Shown: positions 1 through 13,354 of the stretch, in pieces | Numbering within the stretch: position 1 is the first letter of the stretch | Layout: the number at the start of each line of letters is the position of its first letter | Assembly: GCA_028534125.1 (NCBI GenBank) | Contig: CM052816.1 | Coordinates: 27,344,001-27,408,000, forward strand | DNA from: Lama glama | Taxonomy: Eukaryota | Direction: 5' to 3' | DNA length: 64,000 nucleotides | The notes under the pieces: model-generated | The model's database searches: none | Seen by the model: the letters and a program-made list of their open reading frames with translations, nothing else | Told to the model about the DNA's origin: nothing | Translations under genes and position numbers: made by a program

Positions 1-164
1 TCAATTATGAAACAATTAATTATAAAACCACTTGGTAGTATTATTATACTAGAAGCTGTGCTACTTCCTCATTGAAAATTCTCTCAATTTATCTTAAGGT
101 ATATTTGTGATCATTAATATCCTCACTTTACCTTTTCAAAGCCAACTGTCTCTAAATAATTGAC

Positions 165-420
165 TCATTTAGTCAACAATTATTCATGGATTGCAAGTTA
201 TGTGCCAGGCATTGATCAGTGCTCTGCAGTTATCGTAATGAATAAAATCTCCTGCTCTCATGTAGCTAATATTTTGATGGGGGAGAAAGATAACAGACAA
301 TTAAACACATAATAACTTCAGGTGAGACAGGTCCTAGGAAGATAAACAGAACAGGAGAGGATGACAGTTACAGGGTTCTGCCATTTTTGAAGAGGGGCTA
401 TAGAGAGCCTGGTAAGATAA
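165..420 (-). mobile_element. L2 LINE 3' fragment
   Basis: tcatttagtcaacaattatt...tatgtgccaggcattg...cctgctctcatgtagct, the typical reverse-strand L2 3' end. Confidence 0.7.
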
Positions 421-560
421 TGCTTCAGTACAGGTGTCTGAAAAGAAAAAAAAGGACCCATCCTGGCCTTAGACCTTAGCCTCACCATAGCTTGGTCATC
501 ACCAGAGCTGCTATTTTGATCCCTCTGAAACTATAGTTTCTTATCCGGAGAAGCACAGAG

Positions 561-769
561 CAATGCTTCTCAAACTGGGATGATTCTGCTTTAGAGGATA
601 CTGGGCAATGCCTGGACATTTCTGTCACAACTGGGAGGAGGTTGCTGCCCACACGCAGTCAGTAGAGGCCAGAGATGCTGCTAAATATCCTACAGTGCAC
701 AGGGACAGCCCCACAACAACAAAGGATCTGGCCCCAAATGTCAGTAGAACCCGGGATGAGAAAACCCTG
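561..769 (+). mobile_element. MER20 hAT-Charlie MITE, full length
   Basis: Termini caatgcttctca...tgagaaaaccctg; diagnostic core gtagaggccagagatgctgctaaatatcctacagtgcacagggacagcccc; decayed 8-bp TSD gcacagag/ccatagag. Confidence 0.9.
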
Positions 770-1693
770 CCATAGAGGATGAAGCAAGCTTGGCCTTTCC
801 CAAACCCTTAATACCTCCCTAAGAGAAGACAAATACCAGTACACCATTTTTAAAGAATATCTATGCAGAGCTTACTTACAAAACTTAGTGATTCATTAAA
901 GCAAAACATAATTACTAATATTTTATTATTTCAGTTTAGGTATGTTCCTTCATACAAAAGCCATCTGTTCTTTCAAATATCCTACAATTAAATTTGTACT
1001 ACCTTCAACAGTCTCCAGTTAAAATTACTGCATTTTAAAAAATGTGTACCTAATATAATATGTCTCCACTTGAATGAAAGATTTCAGACAGTACTGATTG
1101 TTAGATGTGAGATGGTGACACAAAGCGGGAACATGAGAAAACTACTTGGCCGGCAGGAGTTTAGCTCCATAAATGAATATTTATTCACCCACAATTAAGA
1201 GGCAAGCCGAAAATAATACTTTGTTGATTTAGTTTCACAGCTAAGTATTTAAGTAGGTTTCAGCATTAAAATGTTCAATTATTGTTGTGTCACTGGAAAA
1301 TCTGGCTGGTATGAAGGACATACAATGTTCATAATGAACATATCTATTAAAACTGTTCTAAGATGCCATCTGTCATGGCATTTCTTCCAATGTAAGTGTA
1401 ATCACAAGTTTAAGAGGAAAAGAAGAAAAAGACATTCTATTTTGTTTCTTACTTAAGGCAAATACAGTGATAGAGTTTCACATATCAATTGCAAAAATCC
1501 CCTATACATCTATGTTAAGATAAGATATATCTCTGATAAGAACAATATATCTTAAACATTCTGCCACTGGAAAAAGAGCACTGCCTGCTTATCACACCAT
1601 CACCAGGAAAACAAGTGACAGAAGAAGAGGCTAACACTATGGAATGCATTATACACAGTGTTGAGGGAAGGAGACAGTTGAGGGGACCCAAGG

Positions 1694-1922
1694 CTGTGTT
1701 AAGGGCATGGGCTTTGGGGCCAGAGTTGAGTCCCTTCACCACCATTAATCTGAAAAATAACCATGGCAAGTTCCTTAACCTCTCTATAAGCTCCAGTTTC
1801 TTCATCTGTCAACTGGGGATCATGGTCATCAAAGATCCCCCCAGGACTGACATCAGGATTAAGTGCGACAGTGACTGAGAGTATGTGCACTTCTCCAGGG
1901 GCTCCATAAGTATTCAATAATG
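1694..1922 (+). mobile_element. MIR SINE
   Basis: Core ggcaagttccttaacctctct...cagtttcttcatctgtcaactgggga. Confidence 0.8.
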
Positions 1923-3579
1923 ACTGATGGCCTTATTGATGTAACAAGATGCATCTGGACTGAAATGAGCCTGCCTTTGTAAGCACCCAAATCCATATCC
2001 AATGACCTGAATCATAGTGAGAGATGCCAGACCTTTGCTTGCTGGAGGCCCCTTGGACACTTGCAATGATCATTCCCATGGACATTACTTGAGGACCTGT
2101 GCATTGGGACCAGTGACTCCCACTGTGGGAGGGGCACAGAGTAGCGCTGGTTCCACTTTTCCACTCACCAAACCACTCAGCTCAGTCTTCTCTACCCTTG
2201 GACCTAAAACTTGGATAACAAGACAATAGTTGATCAGCCACTGAGGAGAGGAGCAGAACAGGGGAAAAGGAGAAACTAAAGAACTATAACTTAGGGTGTA
2301 TTAACATCAATGGCTGGCAGTCAAAATCCTAATTATCATGAGAACATGCAGCTGATGGGCAAACACAGCTAACATGCAAAACATATCCACGGAAATGTTG
2401 AGTTCCACTCTCCTAGAGAAAGAGGTGGTGAGAAGACAAAAAGTATACTTCATTTAATTTGCTAGAGGAACTTTCTTGAAGTTTATTTATATTCCTTTAA
2501 CTTCTGATTCTATGACATATTTAAGAAGTGAATTTATGAGAGACAAAGGATTTTAGAAACAGCTAAATTCAGAATGGGCTATTGTTTATTTTATGTGCTG
2601 GCTATTCCCACTACACCCCAGGTATCTCCTCTCCAGCATTTCCAAGATGCTAGGGGTGGATTTCAAATGATGGCGCCTGCCCCAAAACAATGGCATTTTC
2701 TACAGAACCCCAAGAGACAAAGGCTCTTACTGACCTTCTGAGAAGGTATGAGATGGACCAAAGTTTTAAACAGTAATAAGAGGCATAGACAATCCTACAG
2801 TTTTCCAAATAAAAGTCTTAAAAAACCTGGAGGTTCACTGTACTCGCCTGACTTTAGGCTGAGTTCATTTAAAATGTGGAATTGGGTGAACTTCCAAAAA
2901 ATTAATAAATCCGAGTCTTTACATGGTTTGTCTTTTTAATACACTGAACAACAGACAGCCTTACCAAGCTGGGAATAGATGGTTCCTATGGTTCAGGTAC
3001 CGTAAAACTATATGGAGTTCACATTCCTAGGTATCATGTCGATTTTTACATTTCAGAGTACGCACGACCAGTTTTTACGTATTAGCTAGAAAATGCCGAT
3101 GGCTACAGTAGCCAATTCATTTACTGACCACAGTGCATTTCCCTGACGACTGAAAACAACTTCAGTTTCAAAACCTTCCTTGAGGCCAGGGAACTGAGAC
3201 TGCTCCAGTCTCTGAGAGTCTGTATACTTCTCTTTCAACACTTTAAAAATGCACCCTGTCAGTTTTAAGAGAGACAAGGTGCTGAATATCCTCATTGGTT
3301 AGCCAAGACATAAAGTAGAAATTTCTGGCACTAGAGATTCTAACTTTAAACATTCCTTCCTTAGGGGAGAATAGGCTCCTGGGTTGAAAGAAAGGGAGGG
3401 GTTTCAGCCCCAAAACGCATTAAAAAACATTTTTTTTCCCTTGTAGTCCATGATGGCTTGATTCAATTTATGAATGCCTAATCTCTATTTAAGCTTACAT
3501 CCTAAGGTACTAAAGCTAATTTATGAAAGCTCTCATGTAAGCAGCCTGAAAATCAGCTTAATAAACAGGTATTACTCAC

Positions 3580-3676
3580 CATCAGCAAGTGCCTAATAAA
3601 TTTGTCTAGACACAGGTGACGAGGTAGTAAAATTTACTCCGAAATTTCCATAGACTTGTAGGATCATGTGGTTCTT
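3580..3676 (-). other. Internal non-coding (5'UTR) exon, 97 nt
   Basis: Acceptor ttatatttcattattcag|AAG and donor ATG|GTGAGT (GT at 3579-3578). All three frames contain stops, so it is not an internal coding exon. Confidence 0.65.
3593..3667 (-). other. Candidate uORF, 24 aa (MILQVYGNFGVNFTTSSPVSRQIY)
   Basis: ATG at 3667-3665 to TAG ending at 3593, wholly inside the predicted exon. A nested out-of-frame uORF MEISE* lies at 3651-3634. Confidence 0.4.
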
Positions 3677-5189
3677 CTGAATAATGAAATATAAGTGTTC
3701 GCATATTTTAATAAAAAAGGATCCTTGAAATGATTGTTTACGTTTGTAGCATAAAGTAACAGTAAATATTGAGGACATTATGCACAAGTGACAAAACTGA
3801 ATACTTTAAGGTCAGATCAACTTTCTAAATTACTTTCACAGCTGCTGTAAATAGTTTGAAAAACATGCCTTTGCTTCCAGGTGTCAACACTTCAAATCAA
3901 CGGTCTTTTACTCTGTGATTCTTAGCATTTATTGATGAAGGAGAGGAACAGAAGCTTCCCTCGTGAGGAAAGGGAGAGGTCCGGGGTGGAAGACACTGGG
4001 ATGTTTCGTCTCTCCCTTCCACTTACGCCCATTCTCACCCCCCACCCCTGCACTTAATTCTTACCAGGTCTTAGTCCATATGAGGGGAAAACATGACGGT
4101 TCTCTATATTCACATGTACAGCAAGGGAACCGCACTACAGAGTACTATTTACATTTGGCTCCTCAGTATTTAAAACAACTCAGCTGCAGCTCAACCCCTC
4201 CTCATCCATCACACGTTCGAGAAGCACAGCAGAATTCCCATGTTCTCCACCGAGCACCCAGAACGAAACTCAACACGTGGAAAAAAACACCTCAGGTGCA
4301 ACCGGGAAAAGAACCTCCCCACGGTTTCCAGCTCGAAGTAGGCTTCATACAGTCACTTTTTCTGAACCTCTTGTAAGGGCAATTTATGAGCTCCTGATTA
4401 CTATAACATATTGCGCTCTTAAAAAGGAAAAGGTAATAGGAGTTTGGCTCCTGGCTGGCATTCCATTTTTTATAGATTATTATATTGTCTTCAAGCTGGC
4501 TTGAGTCTGAAATGAATATAATTAACCTCCTGCTCAGATACACGTATCTATTTTCCATTCTCATTCATCTTTCCTCTCTGCCCCTGCAGACAGACTTGGA
4601 AAGGAAAGAAACCTGTGTTCAGTGGTCTAACATTCACTGTTAGTTCCCAGACTTCTGTTCTAGAAGCCAGGATCAGTCGAATGTGAAAACAACTTGAGAA
4701 ATCGCAAGAGGCCCTTCACAGCCGACCAGCTTGCTTTCCATAAATAGCACCCACATTTTCTGTTAAAAATGTTACCAAAACATATCAAGGATATCAGACA
4801 GACAAATGATCAGATAAAAACTGGCCACAGAGGCTTAAATCAGGACAGGAAATCTCATGCTGAGATATAAACGGGAAAGAGGAAATTGGGTATTCAATTT
4901 TGGACCAATCAATAAAAGACAATATCCCAAATGAAACAGGATTCCAACTTCCCGCCCTTCTTTTTTGGCTTTAAAAAAAGTACATCTATGTGGCTTAAAC
5001 TAGAAAACTGGAGGGTCACTATATTTTTCACACTTGAACAAGAACCTTCAAATCTATCCAAAGTTGGTTCTGATTCTCTTTTGAAGATTCTATTAAGATA
5101 GTTTCCTTGGCAAACTGTGCTGGCATTCCATGTATGTGAAAGGGCAGACAACCCACGACTCCAGTTTTCCATGACTTAGATGGGAATGT

Positions 5190-5326
5190 GAACACTGGAG
5201 GCCTCTGGGCCACATGTAGCCCACATCAGGGATTGATTTGACCAACTCAGTGTTCTAAAAATATGGAATTTTACAAAAACACCCATATTTTTGTCTTCTC
5301 TTGAAATTCAGATGTGGAGAAACTGG
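5190..5326. mobile_element. MER103-like DNA transposon remnant
   Basis: atatttttgtcttctcttgaaattcagatgtggagaaactgg resembles the MER103C end. Confidence 0.5.
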
Positions 5327-7269
5327 CACTACCAAATAATCACAAACCCAGCTGCCAGACCAGGCCAACACCACTCAATATGCCAGTTTCCACCACTCCC
5401 CTCTGTGTAACGCCCAAATCCCCCCCACCTCCAGTATCCAAGTACTTCCTGCTTTTGTACACATATGACTTTGGGATCCTTACCCTAGAAGCAGAGGTGT
5501 GCATGAATCCTTCTGTAAATTCTTATGTTTAGCCCATAAAGAGGTTTTAGGAAATGAACATTCCCTTAAAGACTTAGGCCAAGAGACTCAAATGACACAC
5601 AAAACCCCATTCAAATACTATGGGGATCTAAAGTAACAGTGAAACCTGAAAGTCTTCATTAAATCGTTGTACATTATATATGAATTCTCAAGATATTGTA
5701 TTACTATTTGATTTCTAACTTCACTGTAGGAAAAAAAAGAGAACTCAAAGGCATCTTTAATTTGGTGCTCATTCATAAACTTTTATAAATTGTCAGTGTC
5801 AGCATAACTTAATATGTGTATATACAGATGTAAAACAGTATTACTATAGCACTGTGACTATTTTAACACCCAGAACAATAAAAAATGATAATAAATTCTT
5901 AGCTGGCCTTGAGTTTCAGCACTAGTAGTGGTAATTCAGTTTACAGATGTTTAGATTAATACTGATAAATTGTGAATGTGTATTTTTAAGCTGACTGATC
6001 TGTGGTGGTTAATGAACACACATGCATGTGTTCATGATGTGTTCAAATCTCTACACATCTATACACCAACATTCTTCTTTTCTGCATTTCAAAAAGCAAA
6101 CATATTGTCATCTGTTTTCAATATTAAAGTCCCAAATAATTTATAATGCAGAGTCATATAATATATATGGAACACTGTATCAATCATGCAGAAATATCTG
6201 TTCCATCCAACTGTTTCTGAAATCCTCCATTAAATTAAGATTTGAGCCGAAACCAAAGACAGATGAATAAAATAATAGTTGCTTGAGAAAAGACATAAAA
6301 TACTTCACATTGAGACTGTCGTTTACTTCATTCTATCAAAGAATATATGTGACTGAAAATATTACAATGACTCTTCTTATTCCTTATTTTCCTGTAGAGG
6401 ATGAAATATGACATGAAAAGCCGACCCAAGCAGTACCCTATTAAAATAAGCAAGGTAACAAGAGAAGCTTGCCTACTTCAACTGTGCTGTCAAGAACAAA
6501 CCAGAGAAAGCCCACTGTCATGGAGCAATGGAAGCATTGTGTTATTTGTAACCTGATTCAACTATGGGGATCAGTCAACCATATTTCCTCCAAATACAGA
6601 ACACGGTGTAAAGGAACATAGGCCAGACATCTAATCAAATGAGAAGCCCACAGGAAGTTATTCTAATTTAAATGAGGTTTAAATTCATTTCAAAAGTCAC
6701 AGACTTCAAGTGTACACATTTATATTTTTCCTAGTGGCCCCCTCAAATGATTTCTTTCTACTAGTTCCAGAATCTCCTCATCATAAATGAAATGATTAGA
6801 ATGTAGGGTCATTTAAAGGTTGGTTTGTTTCTGTACTTCCTATACACACACACACTCGCTTCTCTTTCCTCACATGAATCCCACCAAAGGGGGAATCAAG
6901 CATGGGATTTGGAATCAGTACACCCAGCTTCACCTGTGACTCCTGCCCCGTTTTAGCATCGTGGATTTCCTTCATCAGCTAACACATCTCCTAATAGGGC
7001 AGAAACCATCCCCGAAGGGACCCATTTTCACAGGCTGCTGGGCCACTATCATCAGCACTACAGTCCTGGTAAGTGGGCATACACACATTTGCCTTTTAAG
7101 CACAGAAGCTGCCTCAAGGGTCAGATGAAATAAACACTCAGTTTAAACATCAAATTTCTGAGGTTTGTGAGGACAGAAACCTGCATAAGGCAACATGGTT
7201 AAAAACCAGGGTAGAAAGTTATCCACTGAAGCAGAAAATCTTTGGCTAAGGTTCAAAGATTCAAACTAA

Positions 7270-7490
7270 CAATGCAGCATGAGATCAATAAAAGGGTCTC
7301 AATTTGGATAGACCTGGCTTGGAGTCATGACTACACCACTAACTAGTGTCATCTTAGACAAGCCACTTAACCTATCTGTTTATTTATCAGTAGAATCAGA
7401 AGAACAGTTCCTTCCTCACAGGGATGTTACACAGATTAAGTGATAGGTTCAGCTCCTAACACAGTGCATAAGACTAAAAGTGGCTCAAGC
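7270..7490 (+). mobile_element. MIR SINE
   Basis: ccactaactagtgtcatcttagacaagccacttaacctatctg...cctcacagggatgtt...gattaagtgata. Confidence 0.75.
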
Positions 7491-7751
7491 TATTTACCAA
7501 TTACACACCGTCTTGTGCCCACACATGCATTCTCTTGACAAGCTGTAGGTAACTAAATACATGACCTCTTCCCTTTTCTATGCAAACAAAGACTTTTTCA
7601 AATAAAGTTTCTCTTAGCATTATTTCCTTTGTAAAATGAGGCTTCTGTGATAACACCAAATACAACTTAAATGTCAACAATAAAACAATAAAACATAGAT
7701 TTTTTTTAATCATTTCCATTTCTTTCTCAGAATTCCAAAATATTTCAGTCA

Positions 7752-8045
7752 TTTGTTATAGAGGGCACTGTTGTTCCCCGTCACAACTGAAGGACTTATC
7801 CCCCCCAGCTGCTGGGAAGGATGCTGCCAGACAGCTGTTGGCTGTTGTCTTCTCTGGGAATTGCCCCTGGCTCGGAGGAGCCCCTCCACTCCCCACAGGT
7901 TGGCTGAGGCCTTTGGTGAGACTGCATCAGAGCCCAACTTCTGCCCACTCCTGCTTCCTCCCCTTCCTTCCAAAGGTGTTGATCCCAAGAGCTCTCTCCA
8001 ATAAACTTCCTGCATGGACTATTCCCCAGGGATCCCAACATGCAG
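7752..8045 (+). mobile_element. LTR16-family (ERVL) LTR fragment
   Basis: ccccagctgctgggaaggatgctgcc...ggaattgccc; 3' part ggtgttgatcccaagagctctctccAATAAActtcctgca...ccccagggatcccaac. Confidence 0.75.
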
Positions 8046-9152
8046 CAGCTATAGTCCGGAGTACATCTGCCAGAGTGAGTGTGCTTTAAAGGTTCCTGAG
8101 GTCAGGCTTCCTGTAACGTGGTGAATGAAGTATCTTTTACTTTGATGAGAGCTAACGTATCCACTTTCCCTACAACTACAAAACAGTACTTCTGACTGAG
8201 GAAGATGAGAGAAAAAAATGAAGACATTAAGTTAGCCAAATAATTAGTTTTGCTCATTTGATCACAGAATCAAATGGTTAACTGAACTGCGCCACTGTTT
8301 TGACGTTGTAAAGACAAAGGCCTCTATACGGCACATAAAGAAGCTTATCTTTTGGGCCCTTGGCAATTTGTTCAACTCAAACTTCTCCATAAAACTGCCC
8401 TCACCCCCAACAACTATATTCCACTAAAGATGAATGCTAAACCATTAGGTTTTATTTTTATTATTACACAGTATCTTGTTGTCAACAATAAGTGAACGGG
8501 GGAAAATGCTTGAAAATATGTACTTAAATTGCCTAAAAGTTTTCCTCCCACCCTTTAAACTGTGTTAGTTGTTAAAAGTGAAGGCACTTTGTCAAATACA
8601 TTTAAAAGCATATTCTGGCCAAATGTAGATTTAATATCTCTGGCAATTTAACAATATTTCCTAAAAACTGCAGTAACTTTATCCATACCTTCAGGGTCAA
8701 CATCACTTTTGTCCTAAGGGGCATAAATTGAAGGAATAATCCACACTTACCCAGATTCTGTGGTTAATTCACTTGCATAGTGGTGACAATGACATAGTTT
8801 ATATGCTATTTAATCTAGGACTACTGTAAAGTTGCACAATGTCAGCACATTTTCTAAAAAGATATTTTTCAATTACAGAATAGAACTTTTTAAAGAAACA
8901 ACTTTTCTAATATGAGCCCAGAGTTCCCTTATGAGGCTCTGCTATTACAGTATTTTCTCTAATCCACTCTATGTTTTCCTCTCTAAATTTTACTACTTTC
9001 TCTACATTGACATGAGCTCTACTGAAACTCTCTAGAGTATGAATTAGCCAGGTGTTGACCTTGAACAAAGACTTGACTTCCAACTCATTCTTTCATACAG
9101 TAAACAGTTCAACTTTTACAAGCCTTCTTAACTTGTCACCCTTGTCTGAGAG

Positions 9153-9400
9153 ACAATACAGTATAACAACCAAGAGTGTGGACTTGGGTCTGAGGGTCCC
9201 ATGTTCAAATCCCAGCTGAGCCTCTTGTTAGCTGTGTGACTTGAACAAATCACTTTAAAACTTCCTATGCTTCGTTTTCTTCATCTGTATAGTGGAGATG
9301 TTAACCATTCCTCTCTCACTGGGCTACTGTGACGATTAGTGAACATATGTAAAGCATTTGGGACAGTGCCTGCACATGGTATGAACGTGTCTGCTATAAT
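9153..9400 (+). mobile_element. MIR SINE, near full length
   Basis: gttcaaatcccagct...tagctgtgtgacttgaacaaatcactt...cttcatctgtatagtggagat...tgtaaagcatttgggacagtgcctgcacatgg. Confidence 0.85.
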
Positions 9401-11239
9401 TAGTTTGCCATTCTATTTTCATTTTCCTCGAGTTCCTCTTCTCATAACCTCTTTGGGGGATGCAAGCCTGCTAAGGCATCCCCTCATCTTGTCACCAGAT
9501 TCGTCCTCTTGACTCACTTCTCTCCTCTTCACAAAGCTCAGTTTTCCATTCCTTTCTTGGGGTCGTCATCTCCACCGTTACACACATTCCACTTCCCCGT
9601 TATTTCTGACTTCTTATTGCCATCTGGCTCCAAACATTTCACTTGCAGCCTAACAATGATACCATGTAAAATATAAGCTACCAACATGACTAACCTGCAT
9701 GGCTCTCAAAATGCAGGACTGCTGCTGTCACGCAGCCTTGCACTGGGCTTTTAACGAGCTGTGTAGTAAGCTCGGTCTTGGCTAAATTGGCAGGAGATAC
9801 TCTAATAGTTTGAGTGCTGGAGGGAAAGGGCAAGCATCTAGGACGTAAGATGCTGAGTTTCAAATTAAACATGAATTCTGAAGAGCCCACTGCTTTTCTG
9901 CCAATGAGGTATGGTCTCTGTCACCAAAGTGCCTTTATTTCTACTTCATCTAATACCATCATCGATATGAGCTCTGGTTCATATTGAGTTCCCGCAACTC
10001 TTCAAGGCTGCGTGAGATAGAAAAGACTCTATCTTGCTTTCCCAGTAGCTACTGTGTATTGGCTCCGCAAGGCAGGCAGCAGTAAAACCTAGTGGGAGTC
10101 AATAAACTGAGTAGATAGGACTCGGAAAATACCTAACCAACCAAATAGGTTCCGTAATAATGTGACATTTTTATAGTCACATTTTTTCACCATAACAGCA
10201 CTTGAGTGGTACACATTATAGTATTTCAATTTAGCCATTTATCTAAAAATGAGTTTTATCTTGGCTCATAAATAAACAGTGACATTCCAGCGATCTGAAA
10301 AGCTCAGCTTCACCTTTTGCTGCAAAGCCCATTTTACAATTACAGAAACATGCCCTTTTGTGCCATGTTGCTTAATCTTTGATTTATGGCTCTTATCTTT
10401 GTACGAACCGCTTTCTGTAAACTACATGAAGTTTGCACAAGCTCAGCGATTTCATTCTTATTTCTAATCTTAATGGGTTATTTTCTCCTTAGCGGCCATG
10501 CCCGTCTACCAAACAGGTTAAGGAGAAAGTATTCACTCTTTCAGTTCACCAAATATTATTCAGGGTCTCCGCATGATCTCAGTCTGAAATAAGTAATGAA
10601 TTTTCCTAAAAGCCTTGGCGAGCTCTTCCAGAAAGTCTTTCTTTCCTGTTGCCTGCCGCTCCTCCCACTTCTTGCTCCAGTGCACCTCCCAGCAAAGCCC
10701 TGACAGGCCATGGCTCCCTGTCCTCCCTCCTTTCCACACTTAACTTTCCCCAGACACCTTCAGTCAGTGTGCAAGGGAGAAGAAAATTAAAACAGCATAG
10801 GAGAATGGCTCTTCCTCCAGTTCCATCTTGTCTGACTTTCAGTGGTGACACTTGGATGGTTATGGAGTTACTCCCCACTTCTTCCAGAGTATATCTACAG
10901 CTCTAGGTCTTGGTGCATAGTTCAGGGGACACTGGAGATGTCTTTTATGGTAGTGTACTTAATTTGAAGGAAATCTGTGTCTTGTTCAAGGTTCAAGATG
11001 ATAAGTGTAGGTTCTTACGTCTTCCTTCCCCTGTATTCATACATTATAGACTTGGAGGGTGTACCTCAAAGTTTGCGCTCTGGGGTTGTTACTAATGACT
11101 TGTTTCATTACAGATGTATTTTCTTCTCTGTTTTTTCATTATTTCTGTTGTTGTTTGGAGGTGAGGAGAAATGTACTTTCACTCCACCATTTGAAGTAGA
11201 AGTCTTTATAAGACTTTTATAAAAATGCAGAAAGATGCT

Positions 11240-11445
11240 GATGATACAATGCTAAGTGAAAAACTGTAGGCTACACGATAATATATCCAAGATGGCCCAT
11301 AATTATGATACCAAATACATGAAGGGGATAACAAACCAATATGTTAAATCACTGTCTCAGAGATGGATAATGATTTAAAAGTTTTCTGTTGATATTTCTC
11401 TGTATTTTCCAAGTTTTGTGCTTTGAGTGAAAGCATTACATTATA
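11240..11445 (+). mobile_element. Old L1 (L1ME/L1MC-type) 3' end fragment
   Basis: aatgctaagtgaaaaactgtaggctaca...tttctctgtattttccaagtttt. Confidence 0.5.
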
Positions 11446-11537
11446 CTGAGCAAACAATGTTCACAAAAACACAATCATGTAGTAGCACAATCTTGTTTGG
11501 GACTCTCGACTATGCCCAAGCTTATGTGTGTACACTT

Positions 11538-11755
11538 TTTCATTCAACAAATACTGAATTTCTGCTATGGGCCAGGCACTATTCTAGTTTTAGGGAATAT
11601 AGCAGTGAACAAAGGAAAGTCTTACACATAGCAGCTTAGATTCAGGTAGGGGAGATAGATAATAAATAAGCAAATAAACCTAAGATATGTTAAGCTGGGT
11701 AAGTGCAATGACAGAAAAAAATAATGCACCGTAAAGGTGCAGAGAATGACAGTGG
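11538..11755 (-). mobile_element. L2a 3' fragment
   Basis: tcattcaacaaatactga...ctatgggccaggcactattctag...gaatatagcagtgaacaaa. Confidence 0.85.
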
Positions 11756-12469
11756 ATTGAGAGTAGCCACCAAATGTTTTGAGTCTATATTGATCAAAGA
11801 AAGCAAGGAAGGCAAAGGAGCTAAAAAAGCAGTCACTTAGAAGAGACTCACTAAATTCATACTACAGATTCATTCACTATTCATTATCAGTTAAGTGGTC
11901 ATTAAATTGGTAATTTTTTTTTTTGATTTCTGGGCAATTCTCCTTAAGGTCACAATATTTTTACCTTAAAATATATAGTGACTATTTCTTCTGAGCATTT
12001 GTAAAACAGCATATTTTAAAGGTTCTTCCTGTTAAGACATTTAAATAGCTCAAATAATGAATAGTAAAAGGGACTGCTTAATGAACAATGAACTTGAGAA
12101 TTCCCACCAAGCAGGAATTAACTAGGTGCTGTATTTTAACACACTGGGTGCATTAAAAGATTGTTCACCTTACTAACTCTTTTCAGGAATTGTGTGGGGA
12201 AACTAAACGCACTTAGGCGGGACCCTCACAAACACCAAGTTCCTTGAAGTGAACTTCAGCAAACAAAATCGTCATTTAAAATGTAAAATAAGGCAAAATT
12301 TCACCCATTATAACACATCTACAAAACACAATGAAAGCTAGTCAAAAACAGGAGTTGAAGTACAATGCAGTAACCGGTCCCCTTCCCACTGAGGCTAAGG
12401 ATACCGTCCTCTGTACACAGAGGGACGCCCACACTTCAGTGAGTGCTCGCTACACCCCGCTATGCTGCA

Positions 12470-12646
12470 ATAGCACAGGCTTTTCTGTTTCATTTAATCA
12501 TGAAAACACCCAACAAGGAAAGTACCTCCATTTCAGAGGTTAAGTAAGTTGCTCCAGGTCCTACAGCTAGTAAATCACCGAGCAGGAATTCAAACCAGGC
12601 ACCCTGATTCCAGGATCGTCACTTTTAACCACTACTCCCTACTGCC
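12470..12646 (-). mobile_element. MIR SINE
   Basis: cagaggttaagtaagttgctccaggtcctacagctagtaaat...ggaattcaaaccaggc...cttttaaccactac. Confidence 0.85.
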
Positions 12647-13354
12647 CAACCCTAAGCTAACGATGACACCAATGGAAGCTTCATTTTTGATGGAAAGAAC
12701 TCTGCACTATGTAACATACTTCCACATTCAAAAAATTAATAAAATTAATTTTAATTATTTGTTAATATTAATTTAATTAATAAAATTAATTTTGTATCTA
12801 ATTTAAAAATTTCATGGGTACATTTAATTTTAAATATCTATTTTTGAAAGCCATCACATATTACTCTCTCATGATATGTCTGCTTTTAATTTTGTTTCCT
12901 CTTAGGCTGTTGCCACGTAGGCTACTTCTGCAACTAGACAGCTGCTCCTCTCTTAAAAAACCCGTTGCATCAACGTTAGTAAGACTTGTAAGTTAAAGTA
13001 AGCTCCACGGCAAGTTCTAAAGAACACAAGCCACGCTCTGTATTCTTCCATCCATCTATCCATCAGTTCAATAACTCCAGGAATCACTATAATAAATTCT
13101 CTCCATTTGATTTCTACTGCCTCTATCCTAGTATAAATCTCTTCTAAGTTTTCACTTGTTTTGATAAAATACTATACTTACTGGCCTCCCTGTAATAAAT
13201 CTCTTGCTCAATCTTCACTCTTCTGCCACGTTCCCTTTCCAAATCATAGCTCAATTTTGTTTTTCCCCTTTAAGAGAGATAATGTATGCAAATAAATTAG
13301 CACCTTGCCTGGTCTACAGTAAGTACTTTGTTAACGCTATTATTTTTGCTACAG

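Noticed and set aside
2965..3027. Possible extra minus-strand exon ending at donor TTG|GTAAGG
   Set aside because: The upstream AG lacks a polypyrimidine tract, so support is insufficient.
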